A stretch of DNA of 45,300 nucleotides from Octopus bimaculoides. Lineage: Eukaryota. Below, in pieces: positions 10,997 through 23,381 of the stretch. The notes below the pieces were generated by a model, which did no database searches, had not been told where the DNA came from, and saw nothing but the letters and a program-made list of their open reading frames with translations. The DNA lies in NCBI RefSeq assembly GCF_001194135.2, contig NC_069000.1:35375388-35420687 (forward strand), read 5' to 3'. Position numbers and translations under genes: made by a program. Every line of letters starts with the position of its first letter. Within the stretch, counting starts at the first letter, position 1.

Positions 10997-11201
10997 ATAG
11001 GAAAGTGTTGTTTTATTTTTATATGCATTTTCATGTTATGATATATGTAAGCGTGGCTGTGTGGTAAGAAGCTTGCTTCCCAACCACATGATTCCAGGTT
11101 CAGTCCCACTGCATGGCACTTTGGGCAGGCATCTTCTACTATAGCCTTGGGCTGACCAAAGCCTTGTGAATGAATTTGATTGATAGAAACTGAAAAAAGC
11201 C

Positions 11202-11283
<82 letters not shown>

Positions 11284-11648
11284 GTATGTATATATTTATG
11301 TGTATGTGTCTGTGTTTGTCGCCCACCGTCATTTGACTACCAATGCTGGTATGTCTATGTCCCCATAACTTAACAATTTGGCAAAAGCAACCGATAGAAT
11401 AAGTACTAGGCTTATGAAGAATAAGTCCTGGGGTCGATTTCTTTACCTATCATTTGATACCTGCTTTCCATGGATGGTTTGACAGGAGCTGGCTAGGTAG
11501 AAGACTGCACAAGGCTTCACTGCCTGTTTTGGCAGGGTTTATGTATGTATGTATGTATGTATGTATGTACATACGTACGTACATATATATATGTAGATAA
11601 ATAGATAGACAATCAGACAGGCAGATATGGTTAGTTGTAGCAGTGTGT

Positions 11649-11685
<37 letters not shown>

Positions 11686-11959
11686 GTTGTCAGATAAATT
11701 AGTTCATTATTTTTTTTTTGTACTTGGCATTCTATCATTATGTCTGAAAAAGAGCTCAAATTTATTCAAATTTCAAAACCGATAAACAAAAGTTGTGGAG
11801 GGAAAATAGATCAACAAAAAATAAACTGAACTCATAAAATGGTATAGTAAAAATATTTTTCATGTAAATTCAAATAATATTGGAAAAGGATTAAAATAAA
11901 TGGAGGAAAATGAAGACCAAATGAATTTATCTGACTACCCAATAAATGCCACATATATG

Positions 11960-12250
11960 CAGGTATACATACACATGTAGTTACGTACATGCATACATAC
12001 AAACACACATATATATACATATATACACACATGCACATACATGCATATACACATACTATATACGTACATACATACATACACATATGTAGACATACATACA
12101 TATACACATGCATACACACATACATATGCACATACATGTGTACTTACATACACAAATACATATATATATGCATACACATACATGCACAAAAACATATATA
12201 CATACACATACATGCACACATACACATACATACATACATACATACATACA
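11960..12250. repeat. Degenerate (CATA)/(CA) microsatellite
   Basis: Directly visible. Confidence 0.9.
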
Positions 12251-12732
12251 GATGTTTTTAAATTAAAAATTATTGATTACACAAAATAATCTTCAATCTT
12301 AAAATCTTATGTATATTGCACAATGCTGCATGAAATGCGTCAGAGTAATAATACTTTCAAATTTCAGCACCAGGCCAGCAATTTCAGGGGTGGGAGAGGT
12401 TCATTACATCAATCCCAGAGCTCAACTTGTACTTATTTTATCGACCCTGAAACAACGAAAGTTGACCTCGGCAAAATTTGAACTTGGATTGTAAAGACAG
12501 ACATTTTGCTCAGCATCCTAACGATTTTGCCAGCTTGCCACTTTGCATCAGTGTAATAATAATAATAATAATGAGGTCATAATGTACCATACATCAGGTG
12601 TTGAAGGGATTGCAGAGAAACCTGAGATGAAATGATTTGCTTAAGAGCACAATGCACCACCCAGTCTAGGAATTGAAACCACGATCTCACAATCATGAAT
12701 GAAACACCCTAACCACTGTGCCATGCATCCTC

Positions 12733-13063
12733 ACTACCATTTTGAGCGTGGCCGTTGCCAGTACCGCCTGACTGGCTCCTGTAGGATTTTCGAGCGAGAT
12801 CGTTGCCAGTGCCCCTGGACTGGCTTGTGCGGGTGGCACATAAAAGACACCATTTCGAGCGTGGCCGTTTTCGTGCGGGTGACACGTAAAAGCACCCACT
12901 ACACTCTCTGAGTGGTTGGCGTTAGGAAGGGCATCCAGCTGTAGAAACTCTGCCAAATCAGACTGGAGCCTGGTGTTGCCATCCGGTTTCACCAGTCCTC
13001 AGTCAAATCGTCCAACCCATGCTAGCATGGAAAGCGGACGTTAAACGATGATGATGATGATGA

Positions 13064-13066
<3 letters not shown>
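12733..13066 (+). mobile_element. Family D element, 5'-truncated
   Basis: Same 3' UTR and (GAT)n tail. Other D or D-like copies at about 4705-4950(+), 13549-13645(+), 24018-24230(-), 24600-24805(+), 29540-29800(+), 33210-33530(-), 36470-36580(+), 39505-39889(-). Confidence 0.75.
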
Positions 13067-13107
<41 letters not shown>

Positions 13108-13937
13108 CGCACACATACATGGTTGTGTAATAAGATATTTGATTCCCAAACACATGGTTCCAGGATCGGTCCCACTGCATGGCATCTTGGGCTAGTATCT
13201 TCTGCAATAGCCCCTGGCCAACTAAAGCTGTATGAGTGGATTTGGTAGACAGAAACTGAAAGAAGCCTGCCATGAGTGTGTGTGTGGCTGTGTTTAAGTT
13301 TGTGTCTCCTTGTCTTGGCATCACAAAGTAGTTGTAAAGGAATGATAAATGCCATTGTCATGCAAGCAATGCCATTCATTTCCAAAATTCTAGAAGAACA
13401 TGTCTGGCCATGGGGAAACATTGCCTTGCTTGGAAACAGGTGAAGGTTGGCAAAAGGGAGGGCATCCAGCTGTAGAAAATCTGTCTCAATAATCTCCATT
13501 TAGCCTATGTAACCATAGAAAAGTAGATGTTAGGATGATAACAATATATTGGAGCCTGGTGTAGCCATCTGGTTTCACCAGTCCTCAGTCAAATCGTCCA
13601 ACCCATGCTAGCATGGAAAGCGGACGTTAAACGATGATGATGATATATATATATTTTTTGTTGAGTCAGTCTCTTGCTACTCTGAGTTTCACCTGTTGGT
13701 GTGGCATAGGGTCTTCAGGCAAGTTTTGACCAATCTCCACTATGGGATTGAGTACTCTTTACTTCTGACCAGTTGATACTAAATGGATATAACTATGTAT
13801 ATGTGTATGCATGTGTGCATATTTATATTATATTATATATATATATATAAGAATAATATTAGGGATAAAAATCACAATTTATCAAAAATTAAAATTAAAT
13901 TAAGTTTCACAGTATATAATATATAAATATATAATTT

Positions 13938-14137
13938 AGAGAAAAGAACCAAAGTTCATGAACTCATCCATGAAATCCACAGTCACATATAGAAAAATTT
14001 AATAAGTACTTCATTATTTTAGTGATTATTACTTTGTATTTTATTATAGTTCTTTTAAGTATATTTACTTATTAAATTTTTCGATTTGTGACTGTGAATT
14101 TTCATGGATGAGTTCATGAACTTTGGTTCTTTTCTCT
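13938..14137. repeat. Fold-back inverted repeat, ~71-bp arms
   Basis: Arms 13938-14008 and 14066-14137 (agagaaaagaaccaaagttcatgaactcatccatgaaa...). Confidence 0.9.
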
Positions 14138-14561
14138 CATCATCATCATCGTTTAATACCCACTTTCCATGCTAGCATGGGTTGGACGATTTGACTGAGG
14201 ACTGGTGAACCAGATGGCTACACCAGGCTCCAATCTGATTTGGCAGAGTTTCTACAGCTGGATGCCCTTCCTAATACCAACCACTCCGAGTGTGGAGTGG
14301 GTGCTTTTACGTGCCACTGGCATGAAGGTCAGTCCGGCGGTACTGGCAACGGCCACGCTCAAAATAGTGTATTTTACGTGCCACCTGTACAGGAGCCTGT
14401 CCAGCGGCACTGGCAACGATCTCGCTCGAATGTCTTTACACGTGCCACCGGCACAAGTGCTAGGAAGGCAACGCTGGGCACAGGTTCCATCACGATTTCG
14501 CTTTCGCTTGCCCCGACAGGTCTTCGCAAGACAAGGTCTTCACAAGCCAAGTTTTGTGTCC
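14138..14561 (-). mobile_element. Family D element, long copy
   Basis: Reverse complement of the 22898 copy, with the same 5' start (ggacacaaaac). Confidence 0.8.
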
Positions 14562-14568
14562 AATGAAG

Positions 14569-14781
14569 GAGATACCACCATGCTGGAAATAGCAGTCAGA
14601 ACTTGATTCTAAAACCATATTGAATGTTCATATAGCACTAAGAGAGAAGACGAGGATGGAATTATCCAGTAATTTTTGCTAGTTTATTTTGTCTCTTTGT
14701 CTTCTCTCCTGGTGCTATATGAACATTTAATGTGGTTTTAGAGTCAAGATTTGACTGCTATTTTCAGCGTGGTGGTATCTC
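14569..14781. repeat. Fold-back inverted repeat, ~83-bp arms
   Basis: Arms 14569-14651 and 14699-14781 (gagataccacca...gagagaagac). Confidence 0.9.
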
Positions 14782-15520
14782 TTAGATACCCTAAATTATA
14801 ATTTTAAATAATTATTACCTTTGATGGTTTTTATTCCCATGCTGGCCACATGATAACACCGGTATTTAAATATCGATCTTATCCTTATGTATATATGTGT
14901 GTATACATATATTTTTAGCTGCTATTCCTAGCAAATTGAGTGACCACGTAGAGGCTTCTTTTTCAGCTTGCATGTTTATAGTCAATGAAGGAAGTGAACA
15001 GTGACATTTTGTATTAGGCAATCAGTAATTGTTTCAATGAAATTCCTGGCAAAGTGAATTGATGAGATTTAAAGCAGCGATAATTATGTCATTAATGGAA
15101 GGAGCTAAAGTAGAGTGAATGAAGTAGATGAAGAACTAATTATAAAGCTACTTTAAACATATGTAAGGGTTTTGTTGCAATTAACAGAAATACAATTAAA
15201 CGTAAAAGAACAGGACATACATGTCTGTGTGTCTCACTCTTTCTCAGGTGTAAAAGTAACAGGTACTCCTTTTGAAGCCTGTAAGTGCTAGCTATGTGTG
15301 TTTGACATATGTAAGAAATAGGTACGTCTGTTTGATATACGTTATGTGCAGGTATGGCTGTGTGTTTATGGAGTTCACTTTGCAGCTGTGTGAACCCTGT
15401 GGTTTCAGTTTCAGTCCCACTGTGTGGCACATAGTGAAAATGCCTTCAACTATAGCCTCAGGCTAACTATTTTGTGAGTGATTTTGTGTAGAAGCCTGCC
15501 ATTATATATATTTATATGTG

Positions 15521-15565
<45 letters not shown>

Positions 15566-16589
15566 NNNNNNNNNNNNNNNNNNNNNNNNNNNNNNNNNNN
15601 NNNNNNNNNNNNNNNNNNNNNNNNNNNNNNNNNNNNNNNNNNNNNNNNNNNNNNNNNNNNNNNNNNNNNNNNNNNNNNNNNNNNNNNNNNNNNNNNNNNN
15701 NNNNNNNNNNNNNNNNNNNNNNNNNNNNNNNNNNNNNNNNNNNNNNNNNNNNNNNNNNNNNNNNNNNNNNNNNNNNNNNNNNNNNNNNNNNNNNNNNNNN
15801 NNNNNNNNNNNNNNNNNNNNNNNNNNNNNNNNNNNNNNNNNNNNNNNNNNNNNNNNNNNNNNNNNNNNNNNNNNNNNNNNNNNNNNNNNNNNNNNNNNNN
15901 NNNNNNNNNNNNNNNNNNNNNNNNNNNNNNNNNNNNNNNNNNNNNNNNNNNNNNNNNNNNNNNNNNNNNNNNNNNNNNNNNNNNNNNNNNNNNNNNNNNN
16001 NNNNNNNNNNNNNNNNNNNNNNNNNNNNNNNNNNNNNNNNNNNNNNNNNNNNNNNNNNNNNNNNNNNNNNNNNNNNNNNNNNNNNNNNNNNNNNNNNTAT
16101 ACACACACACACACACACAGACAGACACACACACACAGAGTTGGGCGTAAGTCCATTAATCCACTAATCATTAATTAATGAAGTTGACATTTTCATTAGT
16201 GATTCAACTTTTAAGTTAACTTTGAAAATCATTATCAGACTAATTAACTTTTGTTACATTTAGTTTCTGTTAACTCAAGTCCATTAACCCCAAAATTTCA
16301 TAAAAACTGGTAAACGTTTAAAAGTTTTTATTGTTTTCAGATTGTCTTAGTATATTTAATATTCTACGTGTCATATTTAGGTGGGGTTTTTTTCCTACAC
16401 TCATGCATAACACGGCCTCGCTCTGTTGGGACTACACGTGTGTTACTTTGACATCCTCATTGCATAAAATTTGTTTATGGGGAGAAAAATATTGAAAAAT
16501 ATCATTAGAAGTGTGAGTGAGAAAGAAACAAGGAGGCAGGTTTTGGGATGTGCTAGAAACAACAGCCAGATCTCCCATGAATCACACAT

Positions 16590-17594
16590 TTTCCTTATAC
16601 ACACACATGCACTCACTCGCACACATACACTTATACACTCACACACACACGCACATATGCTCACTCACACACATGTGCGTGCGCACGCACTCACTCATAC
16701 ACGCACACACATACACACACTTCCACATGCAGATATGCTAACACACTCACACATACACACACACATTTACACAGTGACAGTGACACACTCGCCCACACAC
16801 TCAGGCATAGCACAGATACACTCTGATATACACATGCACACTCACATACACACACACACAGCCATATACATACACAGACTCACATGCACAGAGACACACA
16901 TGTGCACAGACACACACACCCATTCACATACAGACATACAAACATATGTACACACACACACACACACACACTCACAAACACAGACACACACATACATATA
17001 CTTACACCCACAGACACACTCGAGCTCACACACATATCTATGGACACAGTCACACACATATAAACAGTGATATATGCAGATACACACACACACACACACA
17101 CACAATGCATATACACAATGAGGAACAAGTGCACTTATGCACAGACACAAACACATACACACATACTCTCTCCCTCTTCTCTCTTTCTACCTCTCCCTCC
17201 TCTCTCTTCTTTTCTTTTTCCCATTCTCTTCGTCATCCCTCACCATCTCGCTCCCATATCTTCTAATATAAGTTAAACCACAGATTGATCTCTGTGTCAT
17301 ACCAAACCAAATATAAACTATTTGGAACCCAAAGAATTGGCAAATAAAGACAATGAGGTCATATGTCTTTGGAATGCAATTATTCTACACAATATAATTC
17401 TTGACTTACTTTAAATTAAATACTGTCTTTGAAATTTGGCCATAACTGTTCTCTTATATGAAGCGTTATCACATAGAACTATTGCAGCCATATATTTCCC
17501 TCTTTCCATCCCTCCATCCCTCTCTCTAACTCTCTCAGTCTCTCTTGCATTCTTTAACATATCCCCCCACACACACACACACTCATACATACAT

Positions 17595-17640
<46 letters not shown>
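16590..17640. repeat. CA-rich degenerate microsatellite tracts
   Basis: Directly visible at 16590-17165 and 17568-17640. Confidence 0.9.
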
Positions 17641-19352
17641 CTACCTACTTAAGTATTCGTCCCTCCGTCCTTCAACCCACATTCCATCTTCTTCATCTAT
17701 CCATGGAGTCATCTATCCACTTTTGATTCCCCTCCATCCTTCCATACCTCTATCCTCCTTTTATTTCCCCTGTAGCCATCCATACATCTATTGACTTTTT
17801 ATGTCCTTCCATCCACCTGCTCACCTTTTATTTGCCCTATCCACTCCTTCATTTCCCCATCCATTCAGCTCTCCATCCCTTCATTTTCTTCCATTTATCT
17901 GAAGGTACATGGCCTAGTGGTCAGGGTGTTGCACTCACAATCGCAACATCATGGTTTCAATTCCTGGACCAGGCAGTACATTATACTCTTGAGCAAAAAA
18001 ATTCATTTCATATTGCTTCAGTTAAGTGAGTAACTCTGCAATGGACTGGTGTCTTGTCCTGGGGATATGTGATCCCTGTCATGTCATGGAAACCATGTAA
18101 CTGCCCTATGAGACCTAGGACTTGAGGTAATCATGTCCAAGAGGTTGTTGTTATTGTTGTTGTTGATGATGAAATTTGGCCACAATGAAAGGTAGGCAAG
18201 ATAATCTGCCTACCTTTTATTTCCTTCATCCATCCACCCTGTAAACACCATGGCCATCCTGCCTCCCGATGACAACATTAAGATTTGTTTCTCTATAGCT
18301 GTAGCACTGAAACACTTCATGACAATCAAGCTGAATATCTCTACATTGTTGTTTAGTCCATTTGAAATAGCAGCCAAATTATCCTCAAATCACATCCTCC
18401 CCTCTTAAAAAGGTTTGGGTTACATATTGTTGTTTTACATATACTATGACTGCAAAAGGCAAAACCTCCAAAAGATGGAATGGTCATAATTGGAGTTCCT
18501 TTGATCATCAGTCTGTTAATTCAATAAGGACTGAGCTCAGGATAAGCAACAATAACTACATCAGTAGTGTCTCCTTATCTCAGAGATCCACTAAAGTTTT
18601 TCTCTCTGTATGTGATTTTGAGAAGGGTTTTTATTTTCCCATCTGACCAACATCTCTAGGGTTTGTTTGATCAAATCATTAACTCTTCACCTGTCCAAAC
18701 CATTCTCATAAGTTTGTCCTAAATTCCCATGCTTGTTTTCAGACTTTTACATAGTCCTTCTTTCATACTTTCTGAGTAATATAACGCTTTCCTTTCATAA
18801 ATCCCAAGTTACTCTGGTGGTTGAAAAGAAAAAAATTGGGAATGTGTATCATATATGATGTGTTGACCCCAGGAAATTGTGTCCTGTGCATCATATACGA
18901 CACACAGGGCAGACTAGGTGTTAAGATTACTCAGTTTCATTCTTTCTTACTTTTGTCTTCCTTTTGCTCATTCTTTCTTTCCATTATTCTTTCTTTCTTT
19001 GATTGTATTCATAAAAGTAGCAAGCTGGCAGAATCACTAGCATGCTAGGCAAAATCACTAGCATGCTAGGCAAAATCACTAGCATGCTAGGCAAAATGCT
19101 TAGTGGCATTTCTTCCAGTGCTACATTCTGAGTTCAAATTCCACCAAGGTCAGTTTTGCCATTCATATTTGCAGTGTTGATAAAATAAGTACCAGTTGAG
19201 CACTGGGGGTCAGTGTAATTGACTAGCACCCCTCCCCCACAGTTTCAGGCTTTGTGACTATAGCAGAAAGACTAATTATATTTCATTAAACTTTTATAAC
19301 CGAGCTGTTATTTTATTATGTAACTGGAATGGTTTACATTGCTATTGAGCAG

Positions 19353-19529
19353 GTGAAGAAAGCCTTGGAACTCTATGAACAGCTGAAACAAAGGATGGGC
19401 ATCGTAATTGTTGGACCAAGTGGTTCAGGCAAGTCCACTCTCTGGTCAGTTCTACGCCAAGCCTTAGCAAAGATTGGTCAGACAGTAAAACAGTACACAA
19501 TGAATCCAAAGGCCATGCCAAGAACTCAG
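19353..19529 (+). CDS. DYNC2H1: Dynein-2 heavy chain exon 5 (AAA2 Walker A GPSGSGKS: VKKALELYEQLKQRMGIVIVGPSGSGKSTLW...MNPKAMPRTQ)
   Basis: Acceptor gagcag| (weak pyrimidine tract), donor cag|gtatgt, phase 0/0. P-loop at 19413-19436. Confidence 0.95.
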
Positions 19530-19917
19530 GTATGTTACAATGTTTTGTTATTGTTATTGTCATTATTGTATACGTAGCCAACCCTGCTCCCGCATGAGCA
19601 GTTAGTTCCACTACAGTCAACTCAAAGGTAACCTATAGCAGTGGCTCCCAAATGAATTTTTCACAGAATCTGTTATATGGTTTTCCCAGGGGGTGTGATA
19701 TGTTGAGGCGTTAACCCAGCGTTTTTATTCTAGAACTTANNNNNNNNNNATAGGTGCAGGCATGGTTGTTTGATAAGAAGTGTACCTCCCAACCACATGG
19801 TTCAGAGAGGGAGAGAGAAAGTGAGAGTGGGAAGGAGAGAGATTACATTGTGTGTGTGTGTGTGTGTATTTGTATATTGTTTATTGATATTGGCATCTTT
19901 TGTTCTTATATATTTAG

Positions 19918-20005
19918 TTGCTTGGTCACATCGATATGGATACTCGTGAATGGACTGATGGAGTTCTTACAAACAGCGCCCGCCAAGTAGTCAAAGAACC
20001 TCTTG
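19918..20005 (+). CDS. DYNC2H1: Dynein-2 heavy chain exon 6 (LLGHIDMDTREWTDGVLTNSARQVVKEPL), not in the coding frame of the ORF track
   Basis: Acceptor tatttag|, donor g|gtaatt, phases 0/1. REW.DG dynein motif. Confidence 0.94.
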
Positions 20006-20518
20006 GTAATTATTTTCAATTCTATAAAATTCTCACCAAAGAATCTAGTATCTCATTGAGTTATTGATGCATCTGTATTTTCCCTTGATGAAATATTATC
20101 GTTATTTATTGCCATATTCCTTCCTTTATATGTATTCAAGAAATTATTATTTATCACCATTTTCCAAATTGTTATCTTCATAGTCTAAATATGAAAATAT
20201 TTCAATTATTCCACTCTTTTATTTGGAATTGCAGTGTATTTCTGTATATCTTTTTTTTTTTTTTCTGCAAAACAATATGTTTTTGTAGATTTATATATTT
20301 CAGTTTTATTCAATTCTTTGTATTCATTCTTTTTAGATTCATTAACGTTAGGAACAGGCATGGTTGCATGGTTAGGGAGCTTGCTTTGCAACAAAGTGGT
20401 CTTGGGTTCAGTCCCACTGCATGGCAGCCTTTGGCAAGTGTTTTTAATATAGCCCTGGACCAATGCCTTGTCAATGACTTTTGGTCAAAGGAAAGTGTGT
20501 GGAAGTTCATCATACAGG

Positions 20519-20918
20519 CACAGGAGTGGCTGTGTGGTAAGTAGCTTGCTTACCAACCACATGGTTCCACGTTCAGTCCCACTGTGTGGCACCTTGGGCA
20601 AGTGTCTTCTACTATAGCCTCGAGCCGACCAAAGCCTTGTGAGTGGATTTGGTAGACGGAAATTGAAAGAAACCTGTCGTATATATGTATATGTATATAT
20701 ATGTTTGTGTGTCTGTGTTTGTCCCCCCAACATCGCTTGACAACCGATGGTGGTGTGTTTACATCCCCGTAACTTAGTGGTTTGGCATAAGAGACCGATA
20801 GAATAAGTACTAGGCTTACAAAGAATACGTCCTGGAGTCGATTTGCTCGACTAAAGGCGGTGCTCCAGCATGGCCACAGTCAAATGACTGAAACAAATAA
20901 AAGAGTAAAGAGTATATA
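20519..20918 (+). mobile_element. SINE family C (tRNA-like head, accttgggcaagt CORE-like block, internal TA/TG microsatellite, aagagta tail)
   Basis: Full copy. Partial copies at about 2863-3022(-), 11050-11445, 13105-13310, 15350-15520, 20345-20500, 36112-36322(-). Confidence 0.8.
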
Positions 20919-21499
20919 NNNNNNNNNNNNNNNNNNNNNNNNNNNNNNNNNNNNNNNNNNNNNNNNNNNNNNNNNNNNNNNNNNNNNNNNNNNNNNNNNN
21001 NNNNNNNNNNNNNNNNNNNNNNNNNNNNNNNNNNNNNNNNNNNNNNNNNNNNNNNNNNNNNNNNNNNNNNNNNNNNNNNNNNNNNNNNNNNNNNNNNNNN
21101 NNNNNNNNNNNNNNNNNNNNNNNNNNNNNNNNNNNNNNNNNNNNNNNNNNNNNNNNNNNNNNNNNNNNNNNNNNNNNNNNNNNNNNNNNNNNNNNNNNNN
21201 NNNNNNNNNNNNNNNNNNNNNNNNNNNNNNNNNNNNNNNNNNNNNNNNNNNNNNNNNNNNNNNNNNNNNNNNNNNNNNNNNNNNAGGTACCAGATTTAAA
21301 AATAAATACTGAGGGCAATTTGCTTGACCTTCAAGACAGTTTCCCCGGCATGACCACAGTCCAGTGAATAAAAAAAAATGAAAGACAGACGATAAAAGCT
21401 ACTTAGATACGACATACATACATACATACATACATACATACACACATACATACATACGTACATACACACATACACACACACATACACACATCTGTATGT

Positions 21500-21692
21500 A
21501 TATGTAATTGTTAAATAGGATAGCAAACATTAAGGCAAGGCAAACATCTCAAGTCAAATACAATATTATTATTGGAAAAAAAAGTCAAAATCTTACAGCT
21601 GTTTCTGGGATATTCCATCACAATAATATTGTATATGACTTGAGATGTTTGCCTTGCCTTAATGTTTGCTGTCCTGCTTAACAATTATATAT
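21500..21692. repeat. Fold-back inverted repeat, ~71-bp arms
   Basis: Arms 21500-21570 and 21622-21692 (aaacattaaggcaaggcaaacatctcaagtca). Confidence 0.9.
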
Positions 21693-22367
21693 CCACTGCA
21701 TTGGAAATTTGCAATGGCTCCATAACTACTGTTTCGGCTATAACCTTGGAGCCCTAATAATCTGTTACAGCGCTTACTTAGTGTACTTAATCGTTTAGAT
21801 CAACTGTGAACTAAACCCTCATACTTTGAAACCATGTGGTTTGAAAGAAAACTGCTTACCACACAGCCACCCCTGCAATGTGTTTTCTTTTTTGTTTTGA
21901 GAAAAAAGAAAGATTAAAAAAATGAAAGAGAAATCCTACCAGGGGCAACAGGAGTTAAAGAAATGTTACAGAAGGAAAGTTCATGGAAGATCTGAAGATC
22001 GATAAATTACCTTACAGTGCAACAAGGTCTTATTATTATTATAGTGGGCAACGATTTGGCAGAATACTCAGTATGCTGGACAAAATGCTTAGCGGCGGCA
22101 TTTTACCTATCTTTACATTCTGAGTTCAAACTCTGCTTAGATCAATGTTGCCTTTCATCTTTTTGGTGTCAATAAAATAAGTACCAGTTGAGTATTGAGG
22201 TTGATGTAATCAACTTCCTCCTCTCCTCAAAAACTTGCACACTTTGTGCAAAGCCAGTCCCCCCCCCCCCTGTTGCCCTTGAAACCTGTATTGGTTTGAA
22301 GGGCAACAATTGCCATGCGCCCTGTAGTTATTATCAGTAATGTTATTTGTGGTTTTTACTTTGACAG

Positions 22368-22575
22368 ATATTCATTCCTGGATTATATGCGATGGGGATA
22401 TTGATCCTGAATGGATTGAATCCTTGAATTCTGTACTGGACGACAACAGACTCTTGACCATGCCATCAGGGGAGCGGATTCAATTCGGACCGAATGTGAA
22501 CTTCATATTTGAGACCCATGATCTTGTCAATGCATCCCCTGCCACGATATCCCGTATGGGCATGATATTTCTCAG
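22368..22575 (+). CDS. DYNC2H1: Dynein-2 heavy chain exon 7 (AAA2 Walker B region: [69 protein letters not shown])
   Basis: Acceptor tttgacag|, donor ag|gtgaga, phases 1/2. [16 protein letters not shown] and [10 protein letters not shown] motifs. Confidence 0.96.
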
Positions 22576-22897
22576 GTGAGATTGTTACTACCACTGCAGA
22601 TATCTTTTATCTCATTTAACTAAGCTGAAGAAACAATAAGACAGTGTATTAGTATCAGTTCCTTCTGTGTTCTTTCAAACACACTGGGCAGCACGTTTAA
22701 GCCTCTGGTTTCTAGTGGCTGCAGTTTTCCCTGCATCTAGCCATCTGATGTTGGTCTCTCCCATATCTCTTATGAATGTTCTGTGCCATGTAGTTTTCAG
22801 TCTTTCTCTATCCTTCTAGTCACCAGTCTAAGATTTGTCTTGCAAAAATGTTTGGAGGTCTTCTTAGAGTGTAAAATATATACATATCTACATATAT

Positions 22898-23317
22898 GGA
22901 CACAAAACTCGGCTTGCGAAGACCTGTTGGGGCAAGTGAAAGCAAAATCGTCATGGCACTTGTGCCCAGCATCGCCTTCCTGGCACTTGTACCGGATGGC
23001 ATGTGTAAAGACATCCGAGCGATATCATTGCCAGTGCCGCCGAATTGACTCCTGTGCGGGTGGCATGTAAAATACACCATTTTGAATGTGGCCATTGCCA
23101 GTACCGCCTGACTGGCCTTCGTGCCGGTGGCACGTAAAAGCACCCACTACACTCTCGGAGTGTTTGGCATTATGAAGGGCATCCAGCTGTAGAAACTCTG
23201 CCAAATCAGATTTGAGCCTTGTGTAGCCATCTGGTTTCACCAGTCCTCAGTCAAATCGTCCAACCCATGCTAGCATGGAAAGCAGACATTAAACGACGAC
23301 GACGATGATGATGATAT
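22898..23317 (+). mobile_element. Family D element (RTE 3'-end derived), long copy
   Basis: Starts ggacacaaaactcggc, has three ~65-bp subrepeats with gtggcacgtaaaa, ends ccaacccatgctagcatggaaag...(GAT)n. Confidence 0.8.
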
Positions 23318-23344
23318 ACATACACACATTCTTACATATGTATA

Positions 23345-23381
<37 letters not shown>

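Noticed and set aside
12985-13015. CTGAGGA-ctggt-GAAA on the minus strand of family D (hammerhead-like)
   Set aside because: No stem II pairing, no GUH placed to close stem III, and several copies read GAAC.
15450-16171. ORFs of 200-290 aa spanning N runs (also at 28.3, 33.8 and 39.8 kb)
   Set aside because: Artefacts of assembly gaps.
16125-16440. Possible MITE with acagag-type termini
   Set aside because: Terminal similarity too weak and no TSD.
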